Shown in pieces: positions 56,966-64,000 of a stretch of DNA of 64,000 nucleotides. How positions within the stretch are numbered: position 1 is the first letter of the stretch; each line of letters opens with the position of its first letter. The stretch lies in assembly GCA_964515945.1 (NCBI GenBank), contig CAZEWY010000001.1, positions 100-64,099 on the forward strand, read 5' to 3'. A model generated the notes under the pieces. It ran no database searches, had not been told where the DNA came from, and was given only the letters and a program-made list of their open reading frames with translations. The translations under genes were made by a program, and so were the position numbers. Origin of the DNA: an uncultured Cellvibrionaceae bacterium. GTDB taxonomy: Bacteria > Pseudomonadota > Gammaproteobacteria > Pseudomonadales > Cellvibrionaceae.

Positions 56966-57946
56966 ATGGAGATAGAACCACAAGCCGGTCTACACAAAGC
57001 ATTGCGAGCCGGTCTGTCAATCATATTCATGATCGCGCTTGTCGCCTGCTCACCGGGGGAAACCAGCATCGCACTCGGCACCCTGGAGCGCGACCGCATT
57101 GTGCTGACAGCGACCGCCGCGGAAATCATCACAGCTCAGCCAATTGCCGAGGGCAGCCATGTCGAGCCCGGACAGTTGCTGGTGCAACTTGACGCCAGCC
57201 AACAGACATTGGCCGTACAGGCGCTGGAAGGGGAAGTCGCCGCTCGTGAAGCCGCGCTCGAATTGCTGCGCGAGGGCCCCCGTGCCGAGGAAATAACAGC
57301 GGCCGCAGCCCGCGTGGATACGGCACAGGCGGTGGCCCGGGAAAGCCAACTGCAACTGGCGCGCGTGCGCGAGTTGGCGGACAGGGGCGTGGCGCCGCAA
57401 TCGGAATACGACGCGGCGCAGGCCCTGGCTGACAGCAATGGGGCGCGCCTGCGCGATGCTGAAGCCCAGTTGAAATTGTTGCGTATTGGCACCCGCCCGG
57501 AAGACATCGCACAGGCCGAGGCACAGCTGCAAGCCGCCCGCGCCCGGCTGGCGCTGGAACAAAGTAAACTGGCGGATCTTTCCATACTTGCCACCCGCGG
57601 CGGCACCCTCGACAGCCTGCCGTTTTATGTGGGTGAACGGGTGCCCCTGGGGGCCTCGGTGGCGGTGATACTAAGTAACGATCCGCCCTACGCCCGCGTC
57701 TATATTCCGGAACCAGCTCGCGCCGGCATAGAGCTTGGCACCAAGCTGACAGTGCATGTGGATGGCAGCCCCGAAAGCTTTACCGGCCTGGTTCGCTGGA
57801 TTGCGCAGGAACCGGAGTTCACGCCCTACTATGCGCTCAGCAGCGGCGAACGCAGCCGGCTGGTCTATCTGGCGGAAGTGCAGCTTTCCGCCGAAGCCGG
57901 CGCCCTGCCAGCCGGCCTGCCGGTACAGGTGGAACTGCCGCAATGA
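56966..57946 (+). CDS. HlyD-family membrane-fusion/periplasmic adaptor protein (YbhG-like)
   Basis: N-terminal anchor, a long coiled-coil (AREAALELLREG...LQAARARLALEQSKL) and barrel-sandwich ends. Confidence 0.85.
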   Translation: MEIEPQAGLHKALRAGLSIIFMIALVACSPGETSIALGTLERDRIVLTATAAEIITAQPIAEGSHVEPGQLLVQLDASQQTLAVQALEGEVAAREAALELLREGPRAEEITAAAARVDTAQAVARESQLQLARVRELADRGVAPQSEYDAAQALADSNGARLRDAEAQLKLLRIGTRPEDIAQAEAQLQAARARLALEQSKLADLSILATRGGTLDSLPFYVGERVPLGASVAVILSNDPPYARVYIPEPARAGIELGTKLTVHVDGSPESFTGLVRWIAQEPEFTPYYALSSGERSRLVYLAEVQLSAEAGALPAGLPVQVELPQ

Positions 57947-58875
57947 AAGCCAATACGGAATATGCCATAGCCGCCGAAGGTCTTGTGCGCCGCTTTGGCC
58001 AGTTCACGGCAGTGGATGGGCTGGACCTGCATATTCCGCGCGGCTGTATCTATGGCTTTCTCGGCCCCAACGGCTCCGGCAAATCCACCACTATTCGCCT
58101 GCTCACCGGCCTGCTCACACCCGACAGTGGGCGCATCGACGTGCTGGGCCTCCAGCTGCCCAAGCAGGCGGAACCATTGCGCCGCCGCATTGGCTACATG
58201 ACGCAGAAATTCTCCCTGTTCGACGATCTCACTCTGCGGGAAAACCTGCTGTTCATGGCGCGCATCTATGGCCTGCCGCGCCGTCAGTCGCAAACCCGTA
58301 TTGCGGATTTGCTGGAGCACTACGAGCTGGAATCCCTGCAAAAACGCTTCGCCGGTACTCTGAGTGGCGGTCAAAAACAGCGGCTCGCCCTCGCCGCCGC
58401 GACCCTGCACGGGCCGGAACTGCTGTTTCTCGACGAACCCACCTCGGCGGTGGACCCGGAGAATCGCCGCGATTTTTGGGAAAAGCTGTTCGATCTCAGC
58501 GAAGCCGGCACCACCATTCTCGTCTCCACTCATTACATGGACGAAGCCGAGCGCTGCCACTATTTGGCCATTCTCGACCGCGGCCGCAAGCGGGCCGATG
58601 GAACGCCTCAGCAATTGATGCAGGACATGCACGCCACCGTGGTGGAAGTAAGCGGGCCGCGCCTGCGCCAGCTCAAGCAGCGTTTGCTCGGCCTGCCCCA
58701 CATCCGATCGGTGGCACAGCAGGGGGTACAACTGCGGGTTCTGGTGGATCGGCAGGTGGAGGACCCAAGACAGTGGGTGAGTGAGCAGGGAGGGCTCGAT
58801 AGCACCGAGTACACGCTCGCGCTGGTGCGCCCTTCCCTGGAAGACGTATTCGTCACCAGCACGGGAGCGCACTGA
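57943..58875 (+). CDS. ABC transporter ATP-binding protein (ABC-2/DrrA type)
   Basis: Walker A GPNGSGKST, signature LSGGQKQRL, Walker B LLFLDEPTSAVD. Confidence 0.9.
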   Translation: MKANTEYAIAAEGLVRRFGQFTAVDGLDLHIPRGCIYGFLGPNGSGKSTTIRLLTGLLTPDSGRIDVLGLQLPKQAEPLRRRIGYMTQKFSLFDDLTLRENLLFMARIYGLPRRQSQTRIADLLEHYELESLQKRFAGTLSGGQKQRLALAAATLHGPELLFLDEPTSAVDPENRRDFWEKLFDLSEAGTTILVSTHYMDEAERCHYLAILDRGRKRADGTPQQLMQDMHATVVEVSGPRLRQLKQRLLGLPHIRSVAQQGVQLRVLVDRQVEDPRQWVSEQGGLDSTEYTLALVRPSLEDVFVTSTGAH

Positions 58876-58876
58876 G

Positions 58877-59980
58877 GTGCCCTGGCTTTCCCGCATCAGC
58901 GCCGTTATGTTCAAGGAGCTGCGACAGCTCGCACGCGACCGGCTTAATTTCGGTCTGGTGGTGATGATTCCGCTCATCCAGTTGCTGCTGTTCGGCTACG
59001 CCATCAACAACAACATCCGTGGTATTCCCGTGGGCATTGTCGACGACGCCAACTCCTTCGCCTCGCGCAGCATCATTGACGCAGTGCGGGCGACTCAGGT
59101 AGTGCAGCCGGTGGCCTGGTATCTGTCGGTGCAGGAAGCGGAACTGGGCATTACCGCGGGAGAGGTGCGGGCCGTGCTTTACCTGCCGGAAAATCTGGAA
59201 CAACGCCTGGCGCGGGGCGAGCAGGCGCTGGCACAGTGGATCGTCGATGGCTCCGACAATATCGTCTCTTCCGCCCTGCTCAATTTGCGCGACATGCCGC
59301 TGACGGAACTGCAACGCAAACCGGTGCGGCTAGCTGCGCCCCCCACTTTCGAAAGCGTGCTCTACTTCAACCCGGAGCGACGTACACCGGTGAATATCGT
59401 ACCGGGCCTGCTGGCGGTAATTCTCACCATGACCATGATTCTATTCACCGCCACGGCGATAGTCCGCGAGAAGGAACGCGGCAACATGGAACTGCTGATT
59501 ACCACGCCGGTGCGCAGCATCGAGCTGATGCTGGGCAAGATCATTCCTTACATCCTTATCGGTTTGCTGCAGACCCTCATCATTCTGTCGCTGGGTCATC
59601 TGGTGTTCGACGTGCCCATCAACGGGAGTCCGCTGCAGATTTTGTGGGCGACCCTGCTGTTCATTTCCGCCAGTCTGACTCTGGGATTGATTATTTCCAC
59701 CGTGGCGAAAACCCAGTTGCAGGCCATGCAGATGACGGTTTTTATCCTGCTGCCGTCCATTCTGCTGTCCGGTTTTCTGTTCCCCTATGAAGGCATGCCC
59801 CGCCCCGCCCAGTACCTTGCCGAAGTCTTGCCCGCCACTCATTTCGTGCGCATGATCCGCGCCATAGTGCTGCGTGATGCATTACTGGCCGACCTGAGCT
59901 ACGACGGTATTTTTCTCGCGTGTTTTACGGCAGCGGGAATGCTGGTGGCGACTTTGAAGTTCAGGAAATCGCTGGATTGA
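58877..59980 (+). CDS. ABC-2 type transporter permease (YbhS/YhhJ-like)
   Basis: I propose a GTG start 2 nt after the ATPase stop (VPWLSRISAVMFKELRQLARDR...). It has 6 TM helices and the ABC-2 signature region. Confidence 0.85.
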   Translation: MPWLSRISAVMFKELRQLARDRLNFGLVVMIPLIQLLLFGYAINNNIRGIPVGIVDDANSFASRSIIDAVRATQVVQPVAWYLSVQEAELGITAGEVRAVLYLPENLEQRLARGEQALAQWIVDGSDNIVSSALLNLRDMPLTELQRKPVRLAAPPTFESVLYFNPERRTPVNIVPGLLAVILTMTMILFTATAIVREKERGNMELLITTPVRSIELMLGKIIPYILIGLLQTLIILSLGHLVFDVPINGSPLQILWATLLFISASLTLGLIISTVAKTQLQAMQMTVFILLPSILLSGFLFPYEGMPRPAQYLAEVLPATHFVRMIRAIVLRDALLADLSYDGIFLACFTAAGMLVATLKFRKSLD

Positions 59981-60054
59981 ATCTGGCTGACGGGATTCCA
60001 CGCCCGGCACGGGTTTAATGCCGAGGCAGACACGAATCCGGGTTCGGAGACAAT

Positions 60055-61140
60055 TCAAGCAAGTTTAAAAAATGCGCTTTCCTTACGCTCGTCCGCAAGA
60101 ATATTCTGAAGTAAATATTCCGCATCCGCCGCAACGCCGCCAATCAACGCCGACGCCCGGTTGTGCTGCCAGGGCAGCCCAAGAAAATAGACTCCCCGGG
60201 CTTTGCAAACCCCGCGCATATGACTCGGCCGGCCCTGCTGGTCCAGCACATCGGGCACTTGCAACCACCCGTAGTCCGCGTCAAAACCTGTAGCCCAAAT
60301 GACGTTGTCGACTTTGAGTGATTCGCCATCGTCAAATATTACATAGTCCTTGCCGGCCATGATCGCGCGCGGATGAAGCGTCACCTTTCCCGAGTCGATG
60401 CAGGCCTTTAATCCCTTGCCGATTATCGGATCCCCGCGCTGACTGAGCCTTTTTCCTATTCGGGTATTTATGCTCGCCTTGTAAACGCCAAGCTTGTGAA
60501 ACCACCAGAAAATACTTTTCCCCAGAAATTCCCGTGGCAGGCATTTAATCGGCTGACTGGCGGAAACATGCACTTCGCAATGGCCCGCCAGCTCCTCCGC
60601 GATCTGTGCGCCTGAGTTACCGCAGCCGATGATCAATACCCTCCCCTCTCGCAGTTGCTTGCGGTTTTTGTATCGCGCCGTATGCACATGAAATACGTCA
60701 GGGGACAAGTGATCGGCAAAATCCGGAACTGAGGGGTTCTGAAAAGGGCCTGTGGCAACAATAACACGGGTAGCCGAGAAATTGCCCTGATTGGTTTCGA
60801 GAACAAATTCATCGGTGTTGCGTTTCAGGACTTTTACTTCGGTATCCAGCTGCACATTCAGTTGATGCTCGGCCGCATAGGCTTCAAGATCATCGGCTAT
60901 TTCGTTTCTATCGGCATAGCCATCCAAGTCGGAGCAACTGCCTGTGGTGTAGCCAGGAAGCCGGCTCATCCAGCGCGGCGTGAACAGCAGGAGCGAGTCA
61001 TACCGCTGCCGCCACACATCCCCAAGACGTTGTTCCTTCCCCAGAAGGACGTAGTCAATGCCGGCGGACTTCAGCTTGTAACCCATCGCCAGGCCGGACT
61101 GGCCCGCACCTATGATGATGACGTCGAAAGAAGACCGCAT
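60055..61140 (-). CDS. NAD(P)/FAD-dependent oxidoreductase, flavin-monooxygenase-like (COG2072/CzcO type)
   Basis: FAD fold DVIIIGAGQSGLAMG and a second fold VLIIGCGNSGAQIAEEL, plus ATGF. The start overlaps the upstream stop (TAATG). Confidence 0.8.
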   Translation of the reverse strand: MRSSFDVIIIGAGQSGLAMGYKLKSAGIDYVLLGKEQRLGDVWRQRYDSLLLFTPRWMSRLPGYTTGSCSDLDGYADRNEIADDLEAYAAEHQLNVQLDTEVKVLKRNTDEFVLETNQGNFSATRVIVATGPFQNPSVPDFADHLSPDVFHVHTARYKNRKQLREGRVLIIGCGNSGAQIAEELAGHCEVHVSASQPIKCLPREFLGKSIFWWFHKLGVYKASINTRIGKRLSQRGDPIIGKGLKACIDSGKVTLHPRAIMAGKDYVIFDDGESLKVDNVIWATGFDADYGWLQVPDVLDQQGRPSHMRGVCKARGVYFLGLPWQHNRASALIGGVAADAEYLLQNILADERKESAFFKLA

Positions 61141-63188
61141 TATTGTTCAACCCCATCCGGCATTTGCGCCGGGGATTTTCTGCCCTGTCGCATCGCCTTC
61201 TCAAGGTGCAGCTTCAACCTCACGATGCCGGCCAGGCGTATCAAAAAAGTTTTCCATACCGTATGTTTCGGTCGCAATAAGCCGGGAATGTCCACCCGCA
61301 CCTTGTGACGTACCGGACGGCCTGCCAATACATCCAGCACAGCCCAGGCGCTCAGCACGCCAAACAGGTTGGCCGTGGGGCCAAGTTGAGGAATGCTGTC
61401 CTGGGTGCCGTCAATCATCGCCCGTGTCACCGGCAGCATCTCAAGCGGTAAATCCAGCGGTGAAACCACCTTGGACAAAAAGCCAAGCGGGGAAACACTG
61501 TCCAGATCCGCACCTGTGAACTTGCCGTGAAGCGGCTGTAATTTCCCCGCGCCATAATCGTAGATTCTCAGCAATTGGGTGCCCGCTATGTCATAACCAC
61601 AGATCACGGTTTTCTGCTGCCGCCAGGCCTCTTCGTGCAGCATGATTTTTGCTTTGATCGCGCTTGGCTCAGTCACGTCCACGCCGTCAACGATCACCGC
61701 CGACGAGCCGACAAAATACTGAATGTTTTCCGGCACCAGACCCTGACGGAGAATATGCCCCTGCACCTGCGGGTTAATCTGCTGGATGCGTCGCAGAATA
61801 GCCTCGGCCTTGTGCACGCCGATATCCTGAAGGGTCGCATTTTGCCGATTGAGATTATTCAGCTCGAAGCTATCCGGCTCCGCGAGCAGGAAATTTTCGG
61901 CACCCATGCGCGCGAGCACTTCCAGGGAAGCGCCGCCAATGCTGCCGCAACCGGCCACACCGATATTGCGTCGCCGCAAAAGCTGCTGTTCCACGCCGTT
62001 AATAAACGGCCCGTTGCGTTTGATCAACTGGTGGTAGAAGGCATTGTTGTGTTCCAGAGTCTCTGCTGGCTCGATGATTTCCAGGTGTTCATTCATGGGC
62101 CTGCGCAGGCTTCTTCTCTTCCGCGCCCTGGTGGCATAGCCCAGGCGAAAGATATTGATTACGTGGAGGTCATCTTGCTCCCCGTTCTGCTGGAAAGAGA
62201 AAATGTCCCTTAATCGTTGCGGAAAGGTGTCTATGCGTCTTTGCCATTCTGGCGAAATCGACGGGTCATAACCCGCCAATCTCGCGTAGCTTAAATCCGC
62301 GATAGCGCTGTGAGGCTGAACCGCCAGCCCGTACCTGGCGGCGGCCAGCCATATACGCTGCAATGCCCGCCCCCCTTGCAGATAGCTGATGCGATTGCCG
62401 TCCTTGGCGCGCAGCATGCAAACCGCCGGAGCGCTGTTCACCAGCCAGGTCTCCTGCATGTAAGCCAGCAGGCGGTGGTACCCGAAAATGTTCAGCAGAC
62501 GTACCGCCCACCATTCCATCCCGAATCGCGCAAATCGCGCAAGCCACGGCGGTATGTTGAAATCTTCCAGAGGCAAACCATCCCGCTTGACGGCCGCCTC
62601 CTTGCGGGTGAACCGCAGATACTGAAATAGCTCCCGGTGAGTCGGGGCGTGGGAAAATTTGAAGCGGCCCGCTTCACCGGCCAAACGAGCCAGCTTGCGT
62701 ATTTGCTCCCGCCCCGTGACAAGGTGCAGTTCAAAGCCTGCCTGGGCGGCTATTTCTCGCAGGGCCTTTATCTGTTGCCGGGGTATGGGAGTTCTCTTGT
62801 ATCGCGAGCGGTTCATACCGCGCTCTTCCATATAGGCGTATAGCTCGCCATCTTCCGGACTTATGGACGAATCCGTCATGGATGCAAAATTGATCGATGC
62901 AACGACCGGAGCCCTGTCGCCGTCGGGAAGCCATGTCACATGACTGGAAAACCCTTCGACCGCAGCGGCCAATACAATATTCTCGATCGCCGCGCCCAAG
63001 GCGATGGCACCCTCCTTCTCCAGCGGGTCCAACTCGCGCATGATGCGGCAATTAGCGTCTGCGACCACATCCAGCGTGTAGCCGTGATAACAAAATTTCC
63101 AACCCTGAACATTGTGGGGTGAAGGAGCGAGCGCAGCTTTATGAATGATCCAATCCAGTTGCGTACGGGACAGCTTTTCAAAGTTCAT
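61140..63188 (-). CDS. Fusion protein: N-terminal tandem nitroreductase-like (Acg-type) region + C-terminal ThiF/MoeB/E1-like adenylyltransferase domain
   Basis: 682 aa. The N-terminus has KAALAPSPHNVQGWKF and about 370 aa of nitroreductase-like sequence. The C-terminus has the NAD/ATP fold NIGVAGCGSIGGASLEVLARMG, LLAEPDSFELNNLNRQ and IVDGVD. Confidence 0.75.
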   Translation of the reverse strand: MNFEKLSRTQLDWIIHKAALAPSPHNVQGWKFCYHGYTLDVVADANCRIMRELDPLEKEGAIALGAAIENIVLAAAVEGFSSHVTWLPDGDRAPVVASINFASMTDSSISPEDGELYAYMEERGMNRSRYKRTPIPRQQIKALREIAAQAGFELHLVTGREQIRKLARLAGEAGRFKFSHAPTHRELFQYLRFTRKEAAVKRDGLPLEDFNIPPWLARFARFGMEWWAVRLLNIFGYHRLLAYMQETWLVNSAPAVCMLRAKDGNRISYLQGGRALQRIWLAAARYGLAVQPHSAIADLSYARLAGYDPSISPEWQRRIDTFPQRLRDIFSFQQNGEQDDLHVINIFRLGYATRARKRRSLRRPMNEHLEIIEPAETLEHNNAFYHQLIKRNGPFINGVEQQLLRRRNIGVAGCGSIGGASLEVLARMGAENFLLAEPDSFELNNLNRQNATLQDIGVHKAEAILRRIQQINPQVQGHILRQGLVPENIQYFVGSSAVIVDGVDVTEPSAIKAKIMLHEEAWRQQKTVICGYDIAGTQLLRIYDYGAGKLQPLHGKFTGADLDSVSPLGFLSKVVSPLDLPLEMLPVTRAMIDGTQDSIPQLGPTANLFGVLSAWAVLDVLAGRPVRHKVRVDIPGLLRPKHTVWKTFLIRLAGIVRLKLHLEKAMRQGRKSPAQMPDGVEQ

Positions 63189-63583
63189 TATCCGACACCC
63201 GCTATATAGTCCTGATAAAAAGATTCGATAATCGACCGGTTCTCCGCGATAGCGGCTTCCCGGGATTGAATGCGGTCAAAGTCCAGCAAGGCGAATCGCT
63301 CAATACGTTTTCCGTCAAGGCGTTTGTTCACTTGCTCAAGTAAATCGCAGTAAAAGCTCCTGACATCAATTTGATTCAGCCCCTGATAAGTGGCCAGATT
63401 GTAGTTGGAATTCGGGCTGGTTCCCCGCAGTTTCTCAGTCAAAGCCGTTTTGTCGGGTGACAGCAGTACCGCATAATAGGGCTTATCCTCGCCCACCGCG
63501 ATGCAGGCGCAAACCAGCGGTTGTTCGCAAACCAGAGCTTCAACTCTCCCGATCCCACGGGAAAATTCTGTTATCGTTTTCAT
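63188..63583 (-). CDS. Small protein resembling the C-terminal subdomain of ANL (acyl/aryl-CoA ligase) adenylating enzymes
   Basis: 131 aa from ATG 63583. VEALVCEQPLVCACIAVGEDKPYYAVLLSP...NKRLDGKRIERFALLDFDRIQSREAAIAENRSIIESFYQDYI mimics the tail of long-chain acyl-CoA synthetases. The assignment is by pattern memory only. Confidence 0.5.
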   Translation of the reverse strand: MKTITEFSRGIGRVEALVCEQPLVCACIAVGEDKPYYAVLLSPDKTALTEKLRGTSPNSNYNLATYQGLNQIDVRSFYCDLLEQVNKRLDGKRIERFALLDFDRIQSREAAIAENRSIIESFYQDYIAGVG

Positions 63584-63593
63584 AAACCATCCC

Positions 63594-64000
63594 TTATAGC
63601 AAGTTCGCCACTCTCGGCCGCCACTCATCAATCGTGTCGCCCGTAATACGGGTGTCGATCACCATGTAAACCGGGTTGCACACGGATTGCACAATGCGGT
63701 GACAAACCACGCAGTCCGCCCTTAGCTGCTTGTAGATATCGGGGTAGGCTTCCTTCGTCAGTGGGACAAAACGCCGGCGCCGGTACAGGAGCGTGGCAGG
63801 GTTATGGCGGCTCACTTTCACCACCACACAGGGGCTTTTCTGCTCCAGGGAGGTATAAGCCACGAAATCGCTGATCTGCGTGAAGATGGCAAAAGAGCGG
63901 TATTCCTTTTTCACCACCAGCGATTTGACTTCGGAGAACCCGTGCCTGGGCAGTACGGCCACGCAGGCGGCTATTTCCCCGTCCACCAGGACTTTGTGGA
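63594..64000 (-). CDS. GNAT-family N-acetyltransferase-like protein, N-terminus outside the window
   Basis: The ORF is open to the window edge. It has ...VDGEIAACVAVLPRHGFSEVKSLVVKKEYR... and a Cys-containing tail DCVVCHRIVQSVCNP like ArgA-type small GNATs. Confidence 0.6.
   Translation of the reverse strand, partial: HKVLVDGEIAACVAVLPRHGFSEVKSLVVKKEYRSFAIFTQISDFVAYTSLEQKSPCVVVKVSRHNPATLLYRRRRFVPLTKEAYPDIYKQLRADCVVCHRIVQSVCNPVYMVIDTRITGDTIDEWRPRVANLL

Overview
This is a chromosomal window from a Gammaproteobacterium, roughly 55-60% GC by eye. The gene content (rnr-rlmB, xseB-ispA-dxs, bioB-F-(HC)-D, metR/metE, a TonB-receptor/halogenase locus) suggests a marine Cellvibrionales/Alteromonadales-like heterotroph, but the taxon is inference only. 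I call about 60 protein genes and one tRNA-Leu(CAG). I see no rRNA, no CRISPR, and no recognisable IS, integrase or prophage. Most genes are housekeeping: btuF/btuCD-like B12 uptake, hemB, metR-metE, xseB-ispA-dxs, tpx, a PFK plus class I aldolase pair, ndh, uppP, an acyl-CoA dehydrogenase, biotin synthesis, comF, srkA, arfB, rlmB and rnr. The accessory-looking parts are an AT-richer MFS/DUF6445-like/halogenase/TonB-receptor block (about 11.3-17.9 kb), a LytS/LytTR two-component system, and a TetR-HlyD-ABC-ABC2 exporter. The most unusual content is as follows. (1) There are four copies (30.2, 35.9, 47.5, 49.5 kb) of a composite intergenic element I do not recognise, with a core flanked by inverted (GGGAAAA)n/(TTTTCCC)n heptamer arrays. 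(2) Other intergenic regions carry further strictly period-7 microsatellite arrays. (3) A 670-bp gene-free gap between an HNH-endonuclease gene and xseB holds a near-consensus sigma70 promoter, two minus-strand intrinsic terminators, a GGA-rich segment and a 9-nt periodic motif, so it may encode candidate sRNAs or a long leader. (4) At the right edge, cut by the window end, sits a translationally coupled operon: GNAT, a stand-alone ANL C-terminal-like protein, a nitroreductase-like/ThiF(E1)-like fusion, and a flavin monooxygenase. All homology statements come from reading the supplied translations against remembered family motifs. No database search was run.
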